In this document: in pieces, positions 1 to 6,744 of the stretch
Layout: every line of letters begins with the position of its first letter
Numbering within the stretch: position 1 is the stretch's first letter
Virus record (IMG/VR): IMGVR_UViG_3300005253_000069
Location: 1 to 41,794 of that record
Strand: one strand, 5' to 3'
Length of the DNA: 41,794 nucleotides
Origin: a virus
Position numbers and translations under genes: made by a program
Notes under the pieces: generated by a model
Told to the model about the DNA's origin: nothing
Seen by the model: the letters and a program-made list of their open reading frames with translations, nothing else
Databases searched by the model: none

Positions 1-74
1 CATTCGAGGATGGGGATAGCATCTTCATGAAGTTTATAAAAGGATTTGCCGCACTCATAAGGCTTCTCCTTAAC
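1..74. repeat. Terminal direct repeat, copy 1 (exact duplicate of 41721-41794)
   Basis: Bases 1-74 (cattcgaggatgggg...ggcttctccttaac) are identical to the last 74 bases of the window. Identity stops at base 75. Confidence 0.95.
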
Positions 75-302
75 TAGAAATACCTTTCCTTCAAGAAGAT
101 AGAACTCCCCCACCTGTGGAGTCCAGGAGTAGTGGACTTTGCCTTTAGTACAATCTCTGCAAATTATTTGGTCAGGTTCTTCTTTGCAAAATTGGATATA
201 TCCCTTACCCTTGCAAATTTGACACGCAACTTTCAACCTCTCCAGCACCTTTATAACTGGTGCTGCTAATTCCTTTATGCTATTTGCTTGTTTGTCGTTC
301 AT
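1..302 (-). CDS. Hypothetical protein, N-terminal part of an ORF split by linearisation (CxxCxGxG zinc-finger motif)
   Basis: Minus-strand ATG at 302-300 (a second ATG at 305-303), G-rich SD GGGGGAGG at 313-306. Reads MNDKQANSIKELAAPVIKVLERLKVACQICKGKGYIQFCKEEPDQIICRDCTKGK... and runs off base 1. The frame continues into 41720 (TGG codon split 2+1). CQICKGKG matches the DnaJ-type CxxCxGxG motif. Confidence 0.6.
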   Translation of the reverse strand, partial: MNDKQANSIKELAAPVIKVLERLKVACQICKGKGYIQFCKEEPDQIICRDCTKGKVHYSWTPQVGEFYLLEGKVFLVKEKPYECGKSFYKLHEDAIPILE

Positions 303-653
303 CATCCTCCCCCTTAATTCATCGGATTAACAATAAAAGTATGCAGCACCTTCGGTAGGAGTAACCTCCTCCTAACATCAACCCACTGCATCTTTAGCTC
401 AACAACAAGGTAGTCGAACATTAGATACTTATACTTGTCACAATTCTCATGTGTAATCATTGCATCATCCTTCTAGCCTGCTCTGGCAGGATTCCCCACC
501 ACTGCTCCTCCAGTGATATATAACTGGTCACACTGGGTAGAACTCTCCTCTTTCGAGGTCATCTTTTCCCCTGGTCAAAGCCTTATACCCTTACCTGACG
601 CCAGAACGCCACAGAGCAGGCTATCGTTAATCAATCTTGTCTATAATTACTGC

Positions 654-790
654 TGGAGAGGGAGGGATTCGAACCCTCGAAGTCTTAGTAGCGACAGTAC
701 CCCGCTCTCATAGAGAGCCTCACATGCCTCCGTCTCTGTTTCAAGACGCAGTAAGAGCACCTCCCTTTGACCACTTGGGAGTACCTCTCC
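654..790 (-). tRNA. tRNA-like gene with greatly expanded anticodon/variable region (anticodon not assignable)
   Basis: The reverse complement reads GGAGAGG-TA-CTCC-CAAGTGGTCAAAG-GGAG...(82 nt)...GAGGG-TTCGAAT-CCCTC-CCTCTCC-A. It has a perfect 7-bp acceptor stem, a D arm, a canonical T stem-loop and discriminator A. The D arm and the GACTTCGAGGGTTCGAATCC segment resemble bacterial type-II tRNA-Tyr. A normal tRNA has 23-39 nt between the D and T arms. No CCA is encoded. Confidence 0.55.
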
Positions 791-799
791 AAACTAACC

Positions 800-1171
800 T
801 CACGCACCCAGATAATCTGTCACCTCGTTACTGACCTTCCCTTCATACTCCCTCTGTCCCACTACGGCTGTGAACTCAGCACCAATAGCATCTTCGGTGT
901 TAAAGCTACCATCTTTATTGATAACAACCTTCGCTACCTCCAACAGCTTCTTCACATTCCACAGCGCCTTCGGCTGCAGACTCGTGTTGAAGAACAGATG
1001 CTTGGGCTTAAACTCCCCCTCTATAATCTCCACCTCCCAATGGATGTACTCCTTTCCACTCTCACTCCCTGTAGCCTTTTCAGCCTTCAATATCCTCGAC
1101 AGATACTGCCCTGCTGGTATAGGCTTGGATACATCTTCCACACTGTTTAGGTTTACGCTAATCTTTGGCAT
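800..1171 (-). CDS. DUF669-like phage protein (putative ssDNA-binding partner of Sak4-type ATPase)
   Basis: 123 aa with a strong SD (GGGAGGTGAGTAAGACATG). The pattern PAGQYLSRI..GKEYIHWEVEIIEGEF..HLFFNTSLQPKALWNVKKLL resembles the DUF669 family, which usually sits next to Sak4/AAA_24 genes, as it does here. Confidence 0.6.
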   Translation of the reverse strand: MPKISVNLNSVEDVSKPIPAGQYLSRILKAEKATGSESGKEYIHWEVEIIEGEFKPKHLFFNTSLQPKALWNVKKLLEVAKVVINKDGSFNTEDAIGAEFTAVVGQREYEGKVSNEVTDYLGA

Positions 1172-1198
1172 GTCTTACTCACCTCCCTTATTGTTGTT

Positions 1199-1393
1199 TT
1201 ACAATCCTGCTTCATCAAATTCCTCCCTGAGAGTCTCTTCCATTCCCTTTACCACACCCAAGTTAAAAGTGAAGTACGTCTTATCTCTCATAACCTCTCT
1301 TAGAGCCCAGTAAAAAGCAGCTAGCTCATCCCCTGTTTGCAGTGTAACAATCCTCTCAACGTAACCTAAACTACTTCCTTTACTTACTTTCAT
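1199..1393 (-). CDS. Hypothetical protein
   Basis: 64-aa ORF packed in the operon. Its start overlaps the stop of the upstream gene (1380-1393). Confidence 0.55.
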   Translation of the reverse strand: MKVSKGSSLGYVERIVTLQTGDELAAFYWALREVMRDKTYFTFNLGVVKGMEETLREEFDEAGL

Positions 1394-2096
1394 CTCCCTC
1401 CTCCTTTATCTTCTTCATCAACACCTTGTAGTCAGGGGTTTCAAGTTCACTGAAGCACCCCAGCCTACTCTTTGCCATATACCTCCTAGTAGCTGCTGTG
1501 AGTATCTTATACTGCCTCTTCCTATCCTTGTCAATCACTATCTGAGTACGGTAAACTTCTCCAAACCACAACGGAATCATTCCAGGAAGCTTCTTTCCAT
1601 ACACCAGTGGTCTGTTAGTTATCTCACCTGATATAGGGTCTTCTGTTACTATCTCATGTGCAGTAACAACCAAATGTACTGGTGTACTGATGAGCTTATA
1701 AAACAACCTCTCAATCCTTCCAATAACAATCCCCCACTCTTCCTGAGATAAGTTCTTGCCTACATGCTTTATATTCAAGAACTGTACTTGGTTCATCATC
1801 GCCCTCTGGAGTGTTGTAAAACTATCAATCCCGATGGTTGCATACGGACAGTCCTTAAAGAACTCATCAAGCTTCTTCTCGAACTTCTTGTATGCCGTGG
1901 GATGAGTTATATCCTCGTCATAGTATATGTCATACTCAACATCCTTCCCCCTAATACTTAGTACTCCAACATCAAAGTCGAAGATATATAGGTTTGGAAA
2001 CGTAGACAAGAAGGTAGTCTTCCCTGTTCCACTGTCACCATAAACCATCATCCTAAACTTCAAGTTCTTGGTTGTTATGTCTTTTGTGTTAGCCAT
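1380..2096 (-). CDS. Sak4-like / AAA_24 RecA-fold recombination ATPase
   Basis: 238 aa with Walker A GDSGTGKTT near the N-terminus and a Walker-B-like HLVVTAHE. Size and layout are typical of phage AAA_24 (Sak4) proteins. It is flanked by a DUF669-like gene and a nuclease. Confidence 0.8.
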   Translation of the reverse strand: MANTKDITTKNLKFRMMVYGDSGTGKTTFLSTFPNLYIFDFDVGVLSIRGKDVEYDIYYDEDITHPTAYKKFEKKLDEFFKDCPYATIGIDSFTTLQRAMMNQVQFLNIKHVGKNLSQEEWGIVIGRIERLFYKLISTPVHLVVTAHEIVTEDPISGEITNRPLVYGKKLPGMIPLWFGEVYRTQIVIDKDRKRQYKILTAATRRYMAKSRLGCFSELETPDYKVLMKKIKEEGDESK

Positions 2097-2322
2097 CTTT
2101 TACCTTCACCTCCTCCTTCTTAGCTTTTAGTATATCTTTCTCCAACCCCTCTAGCGCTTCTACAAACTGCCTCAGCCCATCAGCATCGAAGTGGAATGAT
2201 ACATCTCCTGAAGAGTGTCCTTCTATTCTAAGCCAGGGGTCATCTTTTATAAAACTACTTTGAAGCATTAACTTTTCTCCGTTTCTTTCACCCTCTATCC
2301 AAACCGACATTGTTTTATACAT
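2089..2322 (-). CDS. Hypothetical protein
   Basis: 77-aa ORF overlapping both neighbours by 8 nt. SD is GGAGGTGAGTAAGGATG. Confidence 0.6.
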   Translation of the reverse strand: MYKTMSVWIEGERNGEKLMLQSSFIKDDPWLRIEGHSSGDVSFHFDADGLRQFVEALEGLEKDILKAKKEEVKVKDG

Positions 2323-3130
2323 CCTTACTCACCTCCTTACCCTTTGCAGCGTCCCATACACTCTTCCTGTACCTTCCTTCAATAATTCTCTTATCATCAT
2401 GATATAGACATGCATCTCGATAAGGGCATTCACCATAGTACTCGCACATCGACTTGTTCTTAGGATAGCTTCCTGTCTCATTAGCGTAGTAGATGTTAGC
2501 TGCAATATCCAGCAGCTCAAGCTCAAACACTTTCATATCATCCTCTGTCCTAGTAGCTACATCCCTCATAGCATTAAACTTAGTCTTAGCAATCAACACT
2601 GCATCAATCAACACCCCTGCACACTCACCCATCTTATCCTTACACAACCAGATGTATCCATCAATTTGATGATTGAGGGCAAACTGGTTGAAGAAGGTGA
2701 ACCCTAGTTGAGAGGTAGTCTTATGCTCCATCACATAAATACCACCCTCCCACCTGATAATCTTATCCATCCTTCCACAATAAGTAACACCATCTGTCAC
2801 CTTACTATGACTAACTTCACTCTCAAGCACCTCAAATATCTTACCCTCATACCTCTTAGTGTAATCAGCCAACACCTTTACACCACGCTCAAGTGTTCTC
2901 TTATCACCCTCAGCAACTTCTACATCCTTGTACCCCCTAATAAATACAGCCTCTGCATCACCCTTACCTGTCCAGAGGGCATGCATGCTCTCATGCCATG
3001 TTCCACCAAACGTCAACGCAGTTGACACCACCTTTTGCACAAGATTCTGTCTATGCCTCCAGTAGTAACGCTTGCGACATGTAAGGAAGTCAGAAATTGT
3101 TGTATAATCAAGCACCATATTACCCATCAC
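2315..3130 (-). CDS. PD-(D/E)XK Cas4/RecB-family exonuclease with Cys cluster
   Basis: 271 aa with a GTG start. Motifs: GRMDKII...VMEHKT (D..ExK), QIDGY (QxxxY), an N-terminal Cys (FLTCRKRYYW) and a C-terminal CEYYGECPYRDAC. This is the four-Cys arrangement of Cas4-like nucleases. Confidence 0.85.
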   Translation of the reverse strand: MMGNMVLDYTTISDFLTCRKRYYWRHRQNLVQKVVSTALTFGGTWHESMHALWTGKGDAEAVFIRGYKDVEVAEGDKRTLERGVKVLADYTKRYEGKIFEVLESEVSHSKVTDGVTYCGRMDKIIRWEGGIYVMEHKTTSQLGFTFFNQFALNHQIDGYIWLCKDKMGECAGVLIDAVLIAKTKFNAMRDVATRTEDDMKVFELELLDIAANIYYANETGSYPKNKSMCEYYGECPYRDACLYHDDKRIIEGRYRKSVWDAAKGKEVSKDV

Positions 3131-3219
3131 CTACCCCCTCCCTTCCTTCTATTAGCTCCAAGCATCAGACCCATAAGCATGCCAACTGCCATCCCTATTA
3201 TAAACCCTACAGCTATCAT
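3127..3219 (-). CDS. Micro-ORF, single-pass membrane peptide (30 aa)
   Basis: MIAVGFIIGMAVGMLMGLMLGANRRKGGGR. The ATG overlaps the upstream stop (ATGA) and its TGA overlaps the GTG start of the nuclease gene. It is below the ORF-track length cut-off. Confidence 0.3.
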   Translation of the reverse strand: MIAVGFIIGMAVGMLMGLMLGANRRKGGGR

Positions 3220-3305
3220 CTTCCCCTCCTCCAAACAACCAGCCCATTAACTATACTAGCTACACACCCTCCTACAACCACCATCCAGAATCCATACACT
3301 AACAT
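3216..3305 (-). CDS. Micro-ORF, single-pass membrane peptide (29 aa)
   Basis: MLVYGFWMVVVGGCVASIVNGLVVWRRGR. It is translationally coupled (ATGA) to the next micro-ORF and has the same architecture: TM helix plus a basic tail. Confidence 0.3.
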   Translation of the reverse strand: MLVYGFWMVVVGGCVASIVNGLVVWRRGR

Positions 3306-3306
3306 G

Positions 3307-3540
3307 TCAACTAGGAGCATTTGTTCTCCTATTCACTTCTTCTAGGATGGCCTGACCTTCAGAGTCAGAACACATATACTCATCTCCTCCTTTGAACCTT
3401 TGTGCCCACTCAGCTGCATATCCTGTCCGACATTGAATTTCTTCTCTCTCTTTCCACCTCTTCAGCATGTACTCAACATAGCGTTCCAGGATTTTGCCTT
3501 CTAACCCTTCCTTAGCACCTACATCTATAAATGTTTTCAT
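3307..3540 (-). CDS. Hypothetical protein
   Basis: 77-aa ORF, purine-rich coding strand, operon-packed. Confidence 0.6.
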   Translation of the reverse strand: MKTFIDVGAKEGLEGKILERYVEYMLKRWKEREEIQCRTGYAAEWAQRFKGGDEYMCSDSEGQAILEEVNRRTNAPS

Positions 3541-3541
3541 C

Positions 3542-3919
3542 TCACCCTCCCTTCATAATCTCCCTAACCTTCTCAGCCCCATGCTTCTGGATGAGCAACG
3601 CCAGCTGGTGCATCTCACTAGGCTCTTTCTTCGTGCGTATTCTTCTAACCGTTGGTCGAGCCAACCTCTCACTCCTATCCTTCCTCAGCTTATCAATTTC
3701 CTCACGAAGCTCAGCCACACTCATCTTAGCAAGGAGGTCGTTCTCCTCCTTAGCATTTCCAACAACTTCAAGGTCATCAATATCATATTCCTTACTACCA
3801 CCTGCATACAACTTAGGTGAGTTATACACCACCCCAACCTTCCTCTCAACATTATCAACCCATGATGCAGTACCTAACCAATCCTCACCCTTCTTAGTTA
3901 CTTTATCTCCTTGTCGCAT
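3542..3919 (-). CDS. Hypothetical protein (charged, coiled-coil-like C-terminal half)
   Basis: 125-aa ORF lying 1 nt from the next gene. No motif recognised. Confidence 0.6.
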   Translation of the reverse strand: MRQGDKVTKKGEDWLGTASWVDNVERKVGVVYNSPKLYAGGSKEYDIDDLEVVGNAKEENDLLAKMSVAELREEIDKLRKDRSERLARPTVRRIRTKKEPSEMHQLALLIQKHGAEKVREIMKGG

Positions 3920-4101
3920 GATTGCTCCTCCTTGAGGCTGGTGAGTGTGCTAGCGATGTTATTCAACCTGCCTGCTATAACTCTCAAGCCATCCCTCTTA
4001 TCAACCTCAATCTCTAGCCTAAGTGCTCTGTAGACACCCTCTCTAACCTCTGGAGAAGATGGCTTCCAGTACTCCTTAAGTATGTCAGACTTGTTCTTCA
4101 T
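3898..4101 (-). CDS. Hypothetical protein
   Basis: 67-aa ORF whose start overlaps the upstream stop (ATGA-type coupling at 4098-4101). Confidence 0.55.
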   Translation of the reverse strand: MKNKSDILKEYWKPSSPEVREGVYRALRLEIEVDKRDGLRVIAGRLNNIASTLTSLKEEQSCDKEIK

Positions 4102-4286
4102 CGTAGTTTAACCTCCTTAACCCATGCTTTTTCTATCTCATCTTGTACCTTGTGGTATTCCTTTAATATACCCTTCCATCTCTTCACCTTTCTCCTGTCA
4201 ACAGATAATTTCATACCACCGTAGTCTCTTCCCTCTTCAATAACGTAGACAGGGTAATCTTCGGCTATATCTATTCTAACTTTCAT
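4098..4286 (-). CDS. Hypothetical protein (first gene after palindrome copy 1)
   Basis: The ORF track begins at GTG 4304. ATG 4286 is preceded by AGGAGGTTGG at an ideal distance, giving 62 aa (MKVRIDIAEDYPVYV...). The 25-bp palindrome ends 17 nt upstream. Confidence 0.6.
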   Translation of the reverse strand: MKVRIDIAEDYPVYVIEEGRDYGGMKLSVDRRKVKRWKGILKEYHKVQDEIEKAWVKEVKLR

Positions 4287-4303
4287 CTCACCAACCTCCT
4301 GCA

Positions 4304-4328
4304 CGTATTTTCAATAATTGAAATTATG
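4304..4328. repeat. 25-bp near-palindromic motif, copy 1 (CGTATTTTCAATAATTGAAATTATG)
   Basis: One of five copies of CACATTTTCAATWWTTGAAATTATG. It lies 17 nt upstream of ATG 4286 (minus strand). Confidence 0.85.
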
Positions 4329-4331
4329 GCA

Positions 4332-4398
4332 AGCCTGTTCTGCGTAGTGTGTGCTTTGCTGCCATGTTAGCACGCTTGGCATCACACTCCAGAACAGG
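4332..4398. other. Long imperfect hairpin / candidate structured RNA element
   Basis: GCCTGTTCTG (4332-4341) pairs perfectly with CAGAACAGGC (4389-4398). Inner pairs are AGTGTG/CACACT, TGC/GCA and TGCT/AGCA. It lies in a 370-bp ORF-free island, directly beside palindrome copy 1. Confidence 0.5.
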
Positions 4399-4646
4399 CA
4401 AAAGATTACATTAGCCTCACTCTCCAGATTATTCCTTGTCTGTTAGGACTGGAGCATGTCATGATTTAGGGACAGTTCACCATTTAAGGTGTATAAAACT
4501 GTGCCCTCAGAGCACTTGCTAGTTCAATAATAAGCAGTCTGCTCCTTAATTTCCTTTAGGGTGAGAAGACATCCCTAAATGTCTCAGACGCATTGATGCT
4601 TATAGGGAAGCACAGTGAGACTTTAATCAATGAACGATTACCTTAG

Positions 4647-4688
4647 CCCACCCTGCCTTCAACACATACTTCATCTACTAGCAGGGTG
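4647..4688. other. 9-bp stem hairpin immediately downstream of the 4699-5004 gene
   Basis: CCACCCTGC (4647-4655) and GCAGGGTGG (4680-4688) with a 24-nt loop. There is no U-tract on either strand, so it is not a classical intrinsic terminator. Confidence 0.4.
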
Positions 4689-4698
4689 GACTGTGTAG

Positions 4699-5004
4699 TC
4701 AATATATCTTACATTCAAAGGACTTGTCATCTCTAAAGAACTCAAACTTTTTCTCTGTTATATGGAAGCTTCCTATCTTATACCCTCTAGTCCATATTTC
4801 TACATGAGTATGTTCATTACTATAGTAGGGGTCATGCTTAAACTTAATAACTATATCTCCCCCGCCAAACCCTGCTATTCTAACTTCTTGGTCTTTACAT
4901 ACCATCTCTTGTGAGCTCTTCCAATCCTCAACAATCTCATAAACCTCCTCATTATGCCTTCTTAACACCCCTAACAGCTTCTCACTACGTTGCTTGTCAT
5001 TCAT
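4699..5004 (-). CDS. Hypothetical protein
   Basis: 101-aa ORF whose start overlaps the upstream gene's stop region. Confidence 0.6.
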   Translation of the reverse strand: MNDKQRSEKLLGVLRRHNEEVYEIVEDWKSSQEMVCKDQEVRIAGFGGGDIVIKFKHDPYYSNEHTHVEIWTRGYKIGSFHITEKKFEFFRDDKSFECKIY

Positions 5005-5176
5005 TTCTTACCTCCTGTGGATGATTGACAAAAGTTTCTCTTGCTTCATCGTCTCCATCAGCTTTGCCCTCATACATTATTATTCCACCACCACACTCAG
5101 GGCATCTGTCTGCAACACCCTTACCATCATATATAAAGAACTCATCACATTTAGCACACCAGTATCTAGTCTTCAT
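4997..5176 (-). CDS. Small zinc-ribbon protein
   Basis: The track ORF starts at 5239, but ATG 5176 follows GAAGGAG and overlaps the upstream stop (ATGA). This gives 59 aa, MKTRYWCAKCDEFF...CPECGG, with two CxxC pairs. Confidence 0.6.
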   Translation of the reverse strand: MKTRYWCAKCDEFFIYDGKGVADRCPECGGGIIMYEGKADGDDEARETFVNHPQEVRNE

Positions 5177-5391
5177 CTTATTCTCCTTCGTTCCTTGTCC
5201 TTCTGCACAGCTTCTTCTCCACAAGCAGGACAAATGCACTTACAAAGCCCAGTGCTATATTGAACTGATGCACCAGTTATTTCATGTCCTCCAAACTTCC
5301 TCTTGCATATTGGACAAGGTAGCCAGAAGTAACCAAGTAGGTGAGCATACCACCTGTGAATCCAGCGAGGTAGTAAACTAATCCTTCTCAT
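5173..5391 (-). CDS. Cys-rich small protein (CPIC...CPAC)
   Basis: 72-aa ORF with CPICKRK and CICPACGEE motifs and a hydrophobic, W-rich N-terminus. Confidence 0.55.
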   Translation of the reverse strand: MRRISLLPRWIHRWYAHLLGYFWLPCPICKRKFGGHEITGASVQYSTGLCKCICPACGEEAVQKDKERRRIR

Positions 5392-5663
5392 CTCACCCCT
5401 CCATACTCCTTCAACACCTTCTTACACCTCTGAGCTTCTTCTCCTCGCCAATAGCGGAGGTTCATTAGGACGTAGGGTATTTGCATTAGTAGGTCGTCAC
5501 CACTCATCCTTATTGCTGTATGTGCAAAGTGCTGTGCCCACCACATGTCTGTCTTATTGTCGTTCTGCTTCATAATAACCTTCAAGACATTCTTAACCCT
5601 CTGCTCCTTCTTATCAACGTTGTTTACTACTGCCATCATTGTGAGTCTCCTTAGCGTTTTCAT
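5388..5663 (-). CDS. Hypothetical protein
   Basis: 91-aa ORF. An internal start at 5639 (MMAVVNN...) has a better SD (AAGGAG, 8-nt spacer). Confidence 0.55.
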   Translation of the reverse strand: MKTLRRLTMMAVVNNVDKKEQRVKNVLKVIMKQNDNKTDMWWAQHFAHTAIRMSGDDLLMQIPYVLMNLRYWRGEEAQRCKKVLKEYGGVR

Positions 5664-5768
5664 TGAGCTTATCTTCTGCCTCTTTTAGTGCTTGTTCTTC
5701 CATTGCATCATCGATCCCACCATATTCACTACCACACTCATCACCCATAACATTATCCTCCTCAGCTC

Positions 5769-5966
5769 TCATTTACTTAGCCACACATGACACCTTATGC
5801 ATGCACCTATCTTATTAGCCAAGTCAAGCCAGTCTTTTTCATCCGTTGTGTACTCCTCAGCAAAACCGTTGCACTCCTTCTCAAGGAAAGCACAAATCTC
5901 ATGGACACCATCAATACCCTCTTTAATTAAGAAGTCATCAATGATTTCTCTCAGCTCTTCATTCAT
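5769..5966 (-). CDS. Hypothetical acidic protein
   Basis: 65-aa ORF with SD GGGAGGAAGTAAAATG. Confidence 0.55.
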   Translation of the reverse strand: MNEELREIIDDFLIKEGIDGVHEICAFLEKECNGFAEEYTTDEKDWLDLANKIGACIRCHVWLSK

Positions 5967-6037
5967 TTTACTTCCTCCCTCGCCTCCTTCGCCCTCTTCA
6001 CTGCCCGAAGTCTGAGTTGGTTGGCAGTAAGTTTTGG

Positions 6038-6229
6038 TTAAGTATATCTTTCCTTACCACTAACCTTATTCCAAAACCGCCTCAGTTTTCTATTAGGATT
6101 CTTACGTAGTTTCTGCTCCTCCTCAACCTTAGCTCTTCTAAGCGTTTGACTTGCCAACAATTCAACGTGCTTCTCTCTATTCCTCCTCCTTATCTTCTGA
6201 GCCTTAGCTACTACACGCTTCTTGGTCAT
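6038..6229 (-). CDS. Highly basic (Arg/Lys-rich) small protein
   Basis: The track ORF starts at 6289, but ATG 6229 follows AAGGAG. This gives 63 aa: MTKKRVVAKAQKIRRRNREKH...RKLRRFWNK. Confidence 0.5.
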   Translation of the reverse strand: MTKKRVVAKAQKIRRRNREKHVELLASQTLRRAKVEEEQKLRKNPNRKLRRFWNKVSGKERYT

Positions 6230-6470
6230 CTTGCATACTCCTTGATTGAATCTCAGCTTCCATAAAAGTACCCATGTGACTGTTGGCAATATAGGACATC
6301 ATGCATGCTCTTACAGCTTCCAGCACATATAATATCTCCTCAGTGTGAAACCCATCATCAACCAGTAGAAGGCTGACTTTCTTTGCCTCTTGTCTTATTT
6401 CATCTGTTGTCTTCACAGCCCCACCTCCTCCAACACTGCAATAGTTATACATACTACCAACGCTAACCAT
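6204..6470 (-). CDS. Hypothetical protein
   Basis: 88-aa ORF overlapping the next gene's start by 26 nt. No motif recognised. Confidence 0.45.
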   Translation of the reverse strand: MVSVGSMYNYCSVGGGGAVKTTDEIRQEAKKVSLLLVDDGFHTEEILYVLEAVRACMMSYIANSHMGTFMEAEIQSRSMQDDQEACSS

Positions 6471-6491
6471 CCAAGTAGTGCTATCATCATC

Positions 6492-6695
6492 TTACCTCCT
6501 ATTAACTTGCTTCTCCAGCATCCAGTCCGAGAAGCCCCTGTTTACAGCAATACCTGCACTAAGGTGTGCCATGTGTATAATAGCACACACAGTTGCTGGA
6601 TTGTAGCCCATGCTATCGAGTTCCTTGCATATTCTTCCGCCCTGATGATTTAACTCCTCCATTGAAATCTCAGACGTCTTTTTGTAGTCACTCAT
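6492..6695 (-). CDS. Hypothetical protein (first gene after palindrome copy 2)
   Basis: The track ORF starts at 6722 inside the palindrome. ATG 6695 is preceded by GGAGGTGAGTAGA, the same SD context as the gene at 6894. This gives 67 aa (MSDYKKTSEIS...). Confidence 0.55.
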   Translation of the reverse strand: MSDYKKTSEISMEELNHQGGRICKELDSMGYNPATVCAIIHMAHLSAGIAVNRGFSDWMLEKQVNRR

Positions 6696-6711
6696 TCTAC
6701 TCACCTCCATC

Positions 6712-6736
6712 CTTATTTTCAATTATTGAATTTGTG
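6712..6736. repeat. 25-bp near-palindromic motif, copy 2 (CTTATTTTCAATTATTGAATTTGTG)
   Basis: The most diverged of the five copies. It lies 16 nt upstream of ATG 6695 (minus strand). Confidence 0.75.
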
Positions 6737-6744
6737 GACAGCAT

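Noticed and set aside
654-790. tRNA-like element as a tmRNA or as a phage attP carrying a host tRNA fragment
   Set aside because: For tmRNA, there is no G3-U70 alanine identity pair, no plausible tag ORF ending in a stop, and the element is far too short. For attP, both the 5' and 3' halves of the tRNA are present and no integrase is encoded anywhere.
513-834. Plus-strand ORFs 513-713 and 637-834 from the six-frame track
   Set aside because: They have no SD and low-complexity translations. They overlap the tRNA-like gene on the opposite strand and sit in an otherwise non-coding island.
767-1313. Plus-strand ORFs 767-1150 and 870-1313
   Set aside because: They are antisense shadows of the well-supported DUF669-like gene. 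Their Ser/Leu/Pro/Phe-rich translations are typical of reading a purine-rich gene backwards, and they have no RBS.
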